A stretch of DNA of 63,778 nt, counting the filler, from Octopus bimaculoides (taxonomy: Eukaryota): assembly GCF_001194135.2 (NCBI RefSeq). It is 5 parts of 5 records of this genome, joined end to end, with 100 filler letters (N's around TTAATTAATTAA, not from the genome) between each part and the next. Parts side by side here need not be neighbours in the genome. Positions count along the whole stretch, not along the records: positions 1 to 30,531 come from NC_069003.1; 4 more parts are not named here. One strand, written 5' to 3'. A program made the translations under genes and the position numbers. The notes beneath the pieces were generated by a model. It searched no databases. It was not told where the DNA came from and saw only the letters and a list, made by a program, of their open reading frames with translations. Shown here piece after piece: positions 1-12,475 of the stretch (position 1 is its first letter; each line of letters starts with the position of its first letter).

Positions 1-54
<54 letters not shown>

Positions 55-529
55 CTATATATTTATGTGTGTGTGTATGTCTTTGTGTCTGTGTTTGACT
101 CACCACTACCACATGACAACTGGTGTTGGTGTGTTTATATCCCCATAATCTAGCAGTTCAGCAAAAAGGTACCAAAATAAGTACCAGGTTTAAAAATAAA
201 ACTAAGTACTGGGGTTGATTTGGTCAAACTAAAATTCTTCAAGGCGGTGCTCCAGCAAGGCCACAGTTCAATGAGTGAAACAATAAAATAAAAGAAAAAA
301 TGTCTGTCTGTATGTGTGTATATGCACGTACATGTGTGTGAATATGCATGCGCTTGTGCATGCATGCACATTGTGTGTATAATCTAACATGTTTCATGTG
401 TATGTGTGTGTGTGTGAGAGAGCTTCCTTATACATGCATGTATGTTAGTATCAGTGCAAGATGAAAATGTGCATGTTCACCTTGTTTTAATCATCTTTGC
501 ATTTAATCATTTCCATGTATAACAAAGCT

Positions 530-567
<38 letters not shown>

Positions 568-874
568 AACACTGAAGTATACATATGCATGCATATTTTT
601 GGAAACATGAGCTTAGACAGAATAATGTCTCATGCACACATATGACCATGCTCAACACACTCACGCACAAGTGTAGAGACATTTAAACATCTCCATGTAT
701 AAGAACACACACACACACACACACACACACATGCATGCGTACACATTTTGAAAAACATGTAGCTAACAGATAAATGCTTCTCACACACTTTGTAAAACAC
801 ACAAACTCGTGCACTGACACACACACACACATACACCAACACCTAAGCATCCAAACATCTAATCATTTGTGTAC

Positions 875-1400
875 ATAAGCATGTTCAAACACCTGTATGT
901 GTACGTGTGTGTGTGTGTGGTGTGTGTGTGTGTGAATATGGAAGTGTGTGTAAATATGGATGTATGCGTGTGAACATAGATAGGTGTGTGTGAATGTGTG
1001 TGTGCACATGTGAATATAGGTGGGTGTGTGCACGTATATGTGAATTTATGCTTGAATATGGGTGTGCATGTATGTGTGAATATGGGTGTGTGTGTGTGTG
1101 TGTGTGTGTATGCTTGAATAGGGGTGTGCATGAATGTATGTTTGAATATGGCTGTGTGTGTGTGAATATGGGTGTGGGTGGGTGTGAATATGGGTGTGTG
1201 TGTGTGTGCATGAATATAAGTATTTGTGTGAATATATGTGCGTAAATGTAGATATGTGCATGCATGCGTGTATCTGCATGTGTGAGTGCATGTGCATGCC
1301 TGCGCATGACTGAGTGTGTGTGTGTGTGTGTGTGAATGTATATAGTTGTGAGCAAATGTGGTTGTGTGTGTGCACGACCGATTGTGTCTGTGTGTGCAAG
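875..1400. repeat. (GT)n microsatellite punctuated by a recurring GAATATGG anchor
   Basis: Repeated tgtgaatatgg units; source of the HTHT and CVCV ORFs. Confidence 0.85.
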
Positions 1401-1909
1401 CGTGCACAAATATAGCGAAGCCAATAGATAAAGCTGATGATAAATAAACTACATCAATCAATTTACAGCATCTGGTACTGAGTTCAAGTCCCATAGGGGT
1501 TGGTTCTTCCAAACATTAAATCGCTTAATACGATAACATGTTAATCATTATATTAGGGGCCGTTCCAACAATAAAACCCAACACCTCTACCCACTGATCA
1601 TATGAAAAGGAGATCCTTTAGGAGGGAAAAATATGTAGATGTGTGTATGTTAGTGTATATAATATCACATATACATGTATGTGTGTATATACTGTTATTA
1701 ATAATAAAAAAAGCTAATAATATATACATATATTCTTCTATTCCTTTATACACTTCAGGCCTAAGGTTGTGACCATGTTGGAGCAATATATAAGTATATA
1801 TACATATTTTTTTTTGCAACGTCATGTACCCAGATATGCATCTATATATACATGTAGATGAAGGTATGTACATACATGTACATATATACGCATATACTCA
1901 TATATTATT

Positions 1910-1941
<32 letters not shown>

Positions 1942-1995
1942 CATACATTATATATACATATATGCACGTATGTATGCATACATACACATGTGTGC

Positions 1996-2049
<54 letters not shown>

Positions 2050-2067
2050 GTGTGTGTAAGGTATGTA

Positions 2068-2108
<41 letters not shown>

Positions 2109-2607
2109 ATACAAATGTGTATGTATTTATGTATTACATACATATATACATAGGGTTATCCATTTTTAGAATCATTAAAGCATTAGATAGACTTTCAAAT
2201 CTCTTGACTCCCAGCAAAGTCAGCTTTGTTTTTCACCCTTTGTGGGATCAATGAAGTATTGGTCATGTACTGGAGTCAATCCATCTTTTTCTCTTTGTCC
2301 ACCTCACCCCATCTCTTACTATAAATGACGGACTCTTCCGTCGAAGACAACATACGAGTGTTCTGCTTTTGCTGAATGACCTGCACAACTGACTTGTTTA
2401 AAATGGTCAAATGTAAGTGCTGTACATTAGTTCACTTTCTCTTTCAGATCGACATTCCATGACAGGTGCATGGTGTACCATGCATCAGGTGTAGGAGCAA
2501 CGTGAGATGACGTTTATTGCTCAAGAACACAATGCACAACCCAGTCTAGGAATTGAAACAACGATCTTGAGCTTGTGAGTGCAACATCCTAACCACTAAG
2601 CCGTGAA

Positions 2608-3018
2608 ACCTTTCTACTATAGGCACAAGGCCTGAAATTTTTTAGGGAAGGGTCTAGTTGATTACAACAACCTAGAAAAGGAGGAAAGGCAGAGTTCACC
2701 TCCACGGGATTTGAACTCAGAACATAAAGTTGGAAGAAATGCTGAGAAGCATATTTCCTGATTTGCTAACAATTCTGCTAGCTCACTGCTTTAATAATAA
2801 TAATAATCCTTTCTACTATAGGCACAAGGCCTGAAATTTGGGAGAAAGGGACAGTTGATCACATTGATCCCAGTACTTAACTGGTACTTAATTTATCGAC
2901 CCTGAAAGGATGAAAGACAAAGTCCACTTTGGCAGAATTTGAACTCAGAACGTAAGCACGGACAAAATACCGCTAAACATTTCACTTGATGTGCTAACGA
3001 ATCTGCCAGCTCATCGCC

Positions 3019-3069
<51 letters not shown>

Positions 3070-3250
3070 GTGGTTTCAAATTTTGTCACAAGGACAGCAA
3101 TTTTAGTAGAAGGTGGGATGAGTTGATTACATTGACCCCAGTGTTCAACTGGTACTTATTTTATCGACCCCGGAAGGATGAAAGACAAAGTCGGCCTTGG
3201 CGGAATTTGAACTCAGAACATCAAGACAGACCAAATACCGTTAAGCATCT
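2608..3250 (-). repeat. Chain of three SINE family C copies joined at (AAT)n tails
   Basis: Repeated cctttctactataggcacaaggcctgaaattt...gaatttgaactcagaac...ctgccagctc unit. Other copies at about 16357, 17663, 18110, 18820, 42855, 45320, 50608. Confidence 0.85.
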
Positions 3251-3539
3251 GAGAGGGGAATATGTTGAATAAAATCATTATTAACTGATCCTCCTGCATT
3301 TTCTTTTAATCAAAGCCAGGAACTTTTCAGTACCCCATCATGCTACAATCTCTGTGTGCGTTTATATATAGTGAGAGATGAGAGGCTTTGGAGAGTTTTA
3401 ACTCTTCTTTCTAGCAAACAGGTGCATATGGTACTCTGATTGTTAATATATATTTTGCCTATTTGGATTATGTTTGTTGGCCACTTCATCATTATTTTTT
3501 AGAAGATAATGATGACTTATTTGAATAATNNNNNNNNNN

Positions 3540-3583
<44 letters not shown>

Positions 3584-3614
3584 TCACAGAGAAATATATA
3601 TATATATGCATACA

Positions 3615-3647
<33 letters not shown>

Positions 3648-3978
3648 ATATGTATATCTACATGCATACAAATGTGAATGCGTGTACGGTACTTGCATAT
3701 GTGCATATATAATGATATATTGGGGCAGCTGAGTACTATGAGCAGCAACAGACTGCACCGACCACTGTCAATGACACAGAGGAGAAAACACAGAAAGAAC
3801 GATAAATGCTGGCGTTTCTATGGTGATGACTTTTTGAAAATCTGCAGCAGCAACTGGAGAGATGAAGATGTGCGTAGTTTGTCATCTACGTATACACATC
3901 CACTAAGAGTGAATAGGTGTGTTTGTGTGTGTGTAGGTGCGTGTATATAAGTATTTCTGTACATGTATATATGTTTGT

Positions 3979-4041
<63 letters not shown>

Positions 4042-5039
4042 CGCACACATATATACATAAATATACACACGCAAATGTATATATAACTATACACACACAT
4101 ATACATATATATACACACGCAAATGTATAACTATGCACACACATATATACATATATATAAATATACATATATAAATACACACACATATATACATAAATAT
4201 ACACATGCAAATGTATATATAAGTATATATACACACACACATATATATATATATATACTTATATATGTATGTGTATATATATATATATATATATATTTAT
4301 ATCTATACATATACACTATACACACACACACATGCATGTGTGTGTGTGTATGCGTGAGTGCACATATGACGCATTAATGTTTGCATAGATGAGGGAGTTC
4401 GTAATTTGTATATATACAGCAAACTTGTATTCCCTGAGTGCAAATATAGATAGAAACATGGCTGTGCTGTCAAGAAGTTCCTTCTCCAATCCCATGGGTC
4501 CAGGTTCAATCCCACTGAGTGGAAACTGCAGCCAGTGTCTTCTATTAGAAACTTTGGTAAGGCAAAGCATTGTTAAGAATATTTCATTGTCAGTATTATC
4601 ATCTAATATCGTTTTTTTAGCCCTGGACAGGGTTGGATGATAGTTCAACATGAACAGATGAGCCAGGAAGCTGTGCCGAGTACCAGTGTATGCTTTGGCA
4701 TGGTTTCTATGGCAGTATTCCCTTCCTAATGCCAACCACTTCAAAGAGTATATGAATGTATTAGATTTGGTAGACAGAAACTGAAAGAAGTGTGTGTGTG
4801 TGTCTGTGTCTGTGTATAGGCACAGGAGTGGCTGTGTGGTAAGTAGCTTGCTTACCAACCACATGGTGGCGGGTTCAGTCCCACTGCATGGCACCTTGGG
4901 CAAGTGTCTTCTACTATAGCCTCGGGCTAAACAAAGCCTTGTGAGTAGATTTGATAGGCGGAAACAGAAAGAAGCCAAGGCAAACAAACAGATAGTAACA
5001 CGCACACATTTAGTGTGTGTGTATATATATATATATATA

Positions 5040-5334
5040 TAGAGGGTGCAGTGAATAAACTGTCATCTAAATTACACAAAAATGAAAATAACGCAGACAT
5101 CTCATTTTAACAGATATATTTACCAAATTGGAGCTTCCAGCGTGAATGCCAAGCAGTACAGCATGTCATTTCCAAATTTCTGGAAGAGTGAATTGCATCA
5201 TGATGCTGTTTTTCTCACAGACGGTGCCCACCTGACCCTACTATACTGTGTAGTCAACAAAATCAAAAACAAACAATGTGTATGCACAAAATTAAAAATA
5301 TAAAATGGTGACAATTTACCCATTGCACCTTGTA
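5040..5334. mobile_element. Tc1/mariner-type MITE
   Basis: Imperfect ~28-bp TIRs agagggtgcagtgaataaactgtca / tgacaatttacccattgcaccttgta, in TA context. Confidence 0.7.
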
Positions 5335-5360
5335 TGTACATGTATGTGTGTATGTATTTA

Positions 5361-5395
<35 letters not shown>

Positions 5396-6277
5396 NNNNN
5401 NNNNNNNNNNNNNNNNNNNNNNNNNNNNNNNNNNNNNNNNNNNNNNNNNNNNNNNNNNNNNNNNNNNNNNNNNNNNNNNNNNNNNNNNNNNNNNNNNNNN
5501 NNNNNNNNNNNNNNNNNNNNNNNNNNNNNNNNNNNNNNNNNNNNNNNNNNNNNNNNNNNNNNNNNNNNNNNNNNNNNNNNNNNNNNNNNNNNNNNNNNNN
5601 NNNNNNNNNNNNNNNNNNNNNNNNNNNNNNNNNNNNNNNNNNNNNNNNNNNNNNNNNNNNNNNNNNNNNNNNNNNNNNNNNNNNNNNNNNNNNNNNNNNN
5701 NNNNNNNNNNNNNNNNNNNNNNNNNNNNNNNNNNNNNNNNNNNNNNNNNNNNNNNNNNNNNNNNNNNNNNNNNNNNNNNNNNNNNNNNNNNNNNNNNNNN
5801 NNNNNNNNNNNNNNNNNNNNNNNNNNNNNNNNNNNNNNNNNNNNNNNNNNNNNNNNNNNNNNNNNNNNNNNNNNNNNNNNNNNNNNNNNNNNNNNNNNNN
5901 NNNNNNNNNNNNNNNNNNNNNNNNNNNNNNNNNNNNNNNNNNNNNNNNNNNNNNNNNNNNNNNNNNNNNNNNNNNNNNNNNNNNNNNNNNNNNNNNNNNN
6001 NNNNNNNNNNNNNNNNNNNNNNNNNNNNNNNNNNNNNNNNNNNNNNNNNNNNNNNNNNNNNNNNNNNNNNNNNNNNNNNNNNNNNNNNNNNNNNNNNNNN
6101 NNNNNNNNNNNNNNNNNNNNNNNNNNNNNNNNNNNNNNNNNNNNNNNNNNNNNNNNNNNNNNNNNNNNNNNNNNNACTTCTAATACATATTAAACACGAA
6201 AAACATAAATAAGAGTGAGTTTCTAAAAAATTGCCTGCTTCCACTGAAATAGTTACTTCTGGAATACTTTATATACA

Positions 6278-6702
6278 CCGTAAATCCTCGAGTATAATCC
6301 GCACTTTTTCCCCAAAATTTAAAGCTCAAAATTTCAAGTGCGTACTATATACGAGGTTAAAAATGAAAAATATTTTCTAAGAAAAATTTTCTAAGTGATA
6401 AATATGTAAAGGCAATTTACTTAATATTTTCTTTTCACTGACGTTATTACTGTTATTTCTTTATTTTCTGCAAACAAAATGCACAAAAAAGCTACACGTT
6501 TGCATTATGTTATATATACAATAATAGTAAAGGACGTTACCGTATATATGTTTACAAACCAAGGATGTTATATAGACGTCCTTGACTCAATTTAGAGAAG
6601 GGGTGCGTATTATACACAAGCTTTGGGTTTTTCAGAGGTACAGCCCCCTAAAGATCCCCTGCGTATTATACTCAAGGGTGGACTATACTCGAGGATTTAC
6701 GG
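6278..6702. mobile_element. Tc2/pogo-type MITE
   Basis: TIR ccgtaaatcctcgagtata / tatactcgaggatttacgg, TA on the right flank. Confidence 0.85.
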
Positions 6703-6862
6703 TATATATAATAATGGTGGTGATTCTGTGTGAGAAATACATTAAGTGTACAAGTGACTGTAGAAAACTCCAACACTTTTCCACACCAATACAATGACTT
6801 GATAGTCCTACAGATAAAACTGTAATACAACTTCAGAAGATGAATTGGTGCAAGGTTCTTAC

Positions 6863-6944
6863 CTTATCCGCTTTGTTGGTCTCCTTCTTTACCTGGCTGT
6901 TGACGCAAAGTTGGTCTCTAGACCCCAATATCGAAACATTGACA
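6863..6944 (-). CDS. RTEL1: RTEL1 exon (first Fe-S cysteine)
   Basis: ttccag|VNVSILGSRDQLCVNSQVKKETNKADK|gtaaga; compare human VCVLGSREQLCIHPEVKK; 82 nt; preceded by a ~17.9 kb intron. Confidence 0.95.
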
Positions 6945-7183
6945 CTGGAAATAACAAAGAGATATATACACACACCTTAATTATCTTTGTATGAAGAACA
7001 CTGGAGTCTGTTGAGATTTTTGATAAAGAAAAATTTTGTGCTAAGAAGCTTGTTTCCCCAAACACATGGTTCTGGGTTCAGTCCCACTGCATGGCATCTT
7101 GGGCAAGTGTCTTCTACTATAGCTTCAGGCCGATCAAAGCCTTGTGAGTGGATTTGGTAGATGGAAACTGAAAGAAGCCCGTT

Positions 7184-7218
<35 letters not shown>

Positions 7219-7313
7219 CAAAGTTTCAAATTTATACATTTAAAAAAGAGATTTAACACCGAAGTTTATATATCCATGTAGAGTTTACTTTGAAAAATTA
7301 TATATATATATAT

Positions 7314-7368
<55 letters not shown>

Positions 7369-7479
7369 NNNNNNNNNNNNNNNNNNNNNNNNNNNNNNNN
7401 NNNNNNNNNNNNNNNNNNNNNNNNNNNNNNNNNNNNNNNNNNNNNNNNNNNNNNNNNNNGAAACTGAAAGAAGCCCGTT

Positions 7480-7514
<35 letters not shown>

Positions 7515-7609
7515 CAAAGTTTCAAATTTATACATTTAAAAAAGAGATTTAACACCGAAGTTTATATATCCATGTAGAGTTTACTTTGAAAAATTATATA
7601 TATATATAT

Positions 7610-7666
<57 letters not shown>

Positions 7667-8048
7667 CCAAAATTTTAAATATATGAAATTAAGTATACAA
7701 GATAGTACCAGTGTTGCTAGAAATAAGAGTCGAAAAATACTCAAATAACACAATAACACTGAAAATTTAACAAGCCAATGAAATTGAGGATCGAATAAAA
7801 AGCCAACCTACAATTGCGGTGGAAAGACGCAAATGAATTTGTAGATATACCCATGTCACATGATTTTGAACTCTGAGTCTTAGTTCTCTTCAGTAGGTCT
7901 TGCTGCCTGGGGTTAAACTAATATATATATACACACACACACACATACATACATATACATATATTACATATAACCATTGCAGCAGTCCAACCCATACCAG
8001 CATGGAAAACAAACATTAAAGAATAATGATACATACATACATACACAC

Positions 8049-9320
8049 ACGTGACTGATCAATAAGTATCTGGACAGTTGCCATAGTAACAAAGCTAAAG
8101 CACGCAGAGTGAAGCTGCTAGGCAAAGATTGACTTTGAACTCTGCTGTGTATGTGCACTAAGTTTTAACATTCTAGCTCACTTTTGCTGTTTGCAGCAGT
8201 GCTTGGAAGGGAAGTGTGTAGCGTGTGATTGTCACATTGACCATGACAGAGAGAGTTGAGCAGAGAATCTGCATCAAATTTTGCCAAAGGCTTGGCGATA
8301 CTTGCTCAGAGGCTTACGCAAAGTTGCAGAAAGTGTATGGAGAGGAGTGTATGAACTGCACACATGTGTACGAGTGGTTCAGACATTTCCAAGATGGCTG
8401 AAAAATGTTGATAGTGATGAACATTCTGGAAGACACACAAGAGGCAGAACTGAAAAAAACATTACAAATGTGTGTGCAACAGGGAGGGATAATTGTCAAA
8501 TCACTAGTCATGAGTTATCAGGGGATGTGCAGATTAGCTACAGTTCAGTTCAGTCCATTATCACTGAAGATTTGGGTAGGAGACGCATGTCTGCCAAGTT
8601 TGTGCCAAAACTGCTTTCAGTTGACCAAAAACGACACTTGGGTTTTAATTGTACAGGATCTCCTTGATTGTGTTGAGTATGATGAAAACGTTTTGTAAAT
8701 GGTCATAACAGGTGATGAATTGTGGGTCTATGGCTATGACCCCGAAACAAAGGCTCAGTCTTCGCAGTGGAAGACCCCCAACCTCTCCAAGACCGAAGAA
8801 AGCATGAATGAATCAAAGCAATATGAAGACACTGTTGACCATTTTTTTTACTATAAAGGGATTGTTTATCATGAGTATGCTCCACCTGGTTGGACAGTAA
8901 ACAAGGAGTACTACCATTACTTTTTGCGGGATGCTATTCCTCGGAAAAGGCCACAATTGCATGCATCCGGTGAGTGGCAATCGCACCATGACAACACACT
9001 TGTCCATTCAGTGCAGCAGTTTTTGATTAGGCACAGCATTCCGCAGGTCCAACAACCACCATATTCCCCAGATCTCGCCACATGTGACTTTTCCCTCTTT
9101 CCAAAAATCTAACCCCGTTTGAAAGGAAGAATACAATGAGGCAGCTGCTGGTTATCCCAGAAAATGAGTTCCAGGAATGCTTCTAACAATGAAAACAATG
9201 CTGGATTAAGTGTGTGGCTTCCGAAGGGGCCTACTTTGAAGGAGATTGAATGTCAAATTGGCATGTGTTGTAGTTTTGTTTTTATAGCACCAGTTCAGAT
9301 ACTCATTGATCAGACCTCAT
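8049..9320 (+). mobile_element. Degenerate near-full-length mariner (DD34D) transposon
   Basis: TIRs ctgatcaataagtatctggac / gttcagatactcattgatcagacctcat. Broken transposase from ATG 8243: QRICIKFC HTH, AKFVPKLL, ITGDELWVYGYDPETK, HDN, PPYSPDLATCDF; several stops and frameshifts. Confidence 0.92.
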
Positions 9321-9680
9321 GGTGGTGGTTGTCTACTCCTTACACAGAGTTTGACCACCTCCTGCACCTACACCTTAGCCCTTTCATGGCGTCTGATGTG
9401 GCTTTTTAAACCAGACAATGTTCTAAAAAAACACCCACACAGATTGCACCTCTGATTTGAACTACCAATACCTGCAGGTAAGTTCTGCTCATTGTGGATC
9501 TTAACATGTCTTTTAAGACCCCCATTGGATTTGCAAACCTTCTGGCATACACCACATTCAAACGTGTGCACAGACATATAGTCAGAATAGCTGTTTGAAG
9601 TTTGTTTTCCATGGGTTCGCAGGTGAGATTTGAGGCCAGCCAAGGACAGACATGGTCTGTCACAGACTGTGCACACAAAA
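9321..9680 (-). mobile_element. 5'-truncated retroposed fragment encoding three C2H2 zinc fingers (LINE, probably RTE-like, 3' end)
   Basis: Three C-x2-C-x12-H-x3-H fingers in ORF 9368-9676; flanked by a 9-bp direct repeat agacctcat (9312-9320 and 9681-9689). Confidence 0.75.
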
Positions 9681-9764
9681 AGACCTCATACACATATACA
9701 TACATACATATACACATATTCATACATATATATCTCTTTTACTCTCTCTCTCTCTTTTTTACTC

Positions 9765-9970
9765 TTTTACTTGTTTCAGTCATTTGACTGTGGCCATGCT
9801 AGAGCACCACCTTTAGCCGAGCAAATCGACTCCAGGACATTCTTTGTAAGCCTAGTACTTATTCTATCAGTCTTTTGCCGACCTGCTAAGCTACGGGGAC
9901 GTAAACACACCAGCATCGGTTGTCAAGCGATGTTGGGGGGACAAACACAGACACACAAACATATACACAC

Positions 9971-10022
<52 letters not shown>

Positions 10023-10179
10023 GACGGGCTTCTTTCAGTTTCTGTCTACCAAATCTACTCACAAGGCTTTGGTCGGCCTGAGGCTATAGTAGAAGACACT
10101 TACCCAAGGTACCACGCAGTGGGACTGAACCCGGAACTGTGTGGTTTGTAAGCAAGCTACTTACCACACAGCCACTCCT
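9765..10179 (-). repeat. tRNA-derived SINE family B (ggagtggctgtgtggtaag head, internal TA/CA microsatellite)
   Basis: A/B-box-like head and ccttgggcaagtgtcttctactatagc core. Copies at about 4819(+), 7040(+), 12276(+), 19160(+), 21481(-), 23950(-), 33790(-), 42380(-), 47080(-), 50110(-), 54640(-). Confidence 0.85.
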
Positions 10180-10294
10180 ACAAATAAATTCCATCCAAGG
10201 ATTATTATTACTATACCTACATATAGATATACATATATTCATATATAAACTACTTTTGCCATTTTCACTACCTCACAAAAAAATACCAACTTCA

Positions 10295-11375
10295 ACACTA
10301 CCACCACCACCACCACCACTACCTCAACAACAACACATGACAGTAACAACTGTAAAAATATTGCCAAATTCCATAAATTTTCTTGAAAGAATCCAAAACT
10401 TCACTTTCCCTTCCATCACAACATCCTCACCCCCAGAACTTCAACAGCCATACCATCACACCACCACAACTGCTACGATAAGCATACCACTACCATGACT
10501 ACCACACCATCACTACTACTACCACTACAATAACTATAGTATTATCACCACCACAACTATTATAATAACCATACCACTACAATGACACCACACAACTACC
10601 ACCACTACCACTATCACAACCACCACTACTACCACTGCCACCACCTCACGCACTAACAAAACCATCCAAGCATTCTTAATGAATTCTTTGGTATTTCAAT
10701 GCTTTAATCTTTCCAGAGAATCATCTTTATCTCAAGGGTGTGGTGGTGGTAGTTGTAGTGATGTTAGCACTGATGGTGTTATATAATGGTGGTGGTGGTG
10801 GTAGTGGTATTGCTGGTGACATACGATGTTGGCAATGATGTTAGTAATGGTGGTGGTGGTGATGGTGTTGGTGGTGGTGGTGATGGTGGTGGTGATGGTG
10901 GTGGTGATGGTGGTGGTGATGGTGGTGGTGGNNNNNNNNNNNNNNNNNNNNNNNNNNNNNNNNNNNNNNNNNNNNNNNNNNNNNNNNNNNNNNNNNNNNN
11001 NNNNNNNNNNNNNNNNNNNNNNNNNNNNNNNNNNNNNNNNNNNNNNNNNNNNNNNNNNNNNNNNNNNNNNNNNNNNNNNNNNNNNNNNNNNNNNNNNNNN
11101 NNNNNNNNNNNNNNNNNNNNNNNNNNNNNNNNNNNNNNNNNNNNTGGTGGTGTTGTTGTTGTTGGTGGTGGTGGTGTTGGCGGTGGTGTGGGTGATGGTG
11201 TTGGTGGCAGTGTTGATGACGGTGGTGTTGGTGGTAGTTATGGTGTTTGTGTTGGCGGCAGCTTTGGTAGTGATGGTGTTGGTGGTGGCATCGAAATGTT
11301 GGCAACATTCATGTTGCTGGTGATATGCGATGGTTGTGATGGCAGTGCTGTCGATAGCGATGATAGTGACGACAC
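10295..11375. repeat. Low-complexity ACC/ACT tract followed by a GGT/GAT tract
   Basis: Direct reading; explains the spurious poly-Gly, poly-Val, poly-Thr and poly-His ORFs. Confidence 0.9.
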
Positions 11376-12439
11376 TGATGTAGATTCCTAAAACTACATT
11401 TCTATGCACAATTGAGAAAATAAACAACAACACACACACACACACACACACACCCTACACCCAGTATTTGTAGACATAATTGGTAAGTTGATAATGCCGA
11501 TTGCCATGAAAGATTAGTAAGACACACGCACACACAGAGAAGCAACAATTGTTAAAGTACAAAGTACCATTATATATTAGTAATAATGATTTTTCTCACA
11601 CTGGCACACAGCCAGATATGTGGTGAGAGAAGGAAGGTCAAGGTGATAATGAAACTGATTCTGGTACTTAGAGGAGTGGAGGAGGGTAGGCAGGGCTGTG
11701 TGGTTAAGAATACCACTTTGTGACCATGTGGTGAAGGGTTCTGTCCTGCAAAGTGGCACCATGGGCTCGGTGGCATGTGTCTTCTTTTATTCTCTAACCT
11801 CAGGCCAATGCCTTGCGAGTGAAACGAAAAGACAGAATTTTCATGGAAACCAGCAGCAACATTATCATTGTCATCGTCATCACCATCGTCATTATCATCA
11901 TCACTGCCATCATCATCTTCACTGTTGTTGTCATCAATACCATCTCAACATCCATTTCTCCATGCTTGCATGGGACAGATGAAGTTTATTTGAGGCAAAT
12001 TTTTCTATGACTGGAAGCCCATCCTGTCACCAACCCTCACCTGTTTCCAAACAAGGTAATATTTCCCCATAGCAAGACATATTCTTGCTCAGTATCAGAA
12101 AGAGACCACTCGTATGACAGGGACAATCATTTTACAGCTATTACATAATGTCAATACAAGGAGACACCAAACCATACAAAAGACACACACACGACATGCT
12201 TCTTTCAGTTTCCATGAACCAAATCCACTCACAAGGCTTTGGCTGGCTCAGGGCTATGGTAGGAGACACTTACCAGGAGTGACTGTGTGGTAAGTAGCTT
12301 GCTTACCAACCACATGGTTCCAGGTTCAGTCCCACTGCGTGGCACCTTGGGCAAGTGTCTTCTACTGTAGCTTCGGGCCGACCAACGCCTTGTGAGTGGA
12401 TTTGGTAGACGGAAACTGAAAGAAGCCCGTCGTATATAT

Positions 12440-12475
<36 letters not shown>

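Noticed and set aside
859-1512. Long His/Thr- and Cys/Val-rich ORFs (and similar ones throughout the track)
   Set aside because: Translations of CA, GT and TA microsatellites.
3678-3950. Protein-like ORF as the next RTEL1 exon or another gene
   Set aside because: Neither strand gives the expected CRxKVxxRSCxFYNNV peptide or a convincing splice pair.
5198-6244. Long ORFs of 200-420 aa at 5.2, 31.4, 32.9 and 53.2 kb
   Set aside because: They read through N gaps.
7144-7666. Exact ~210-bp direct repeat
   Set aside because: Identical copies on either side of an N gap: unmerged contig overlap. Probably the same at 26701-26790, and possibly at 56816-57123.
9368-9676. Host Kruppel-type ZNF gene exon
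   Set aside because: No TGEKP linkers or splice acceptor, abrupt 5' end, and TSD-flanked; treated as a retroposed fragment.
10786-11391. Gly-rich, silk- or structural-like ORF
   Set aside because: (GGT/GAT)n low complexity spanning a gap, with no splice or start context.
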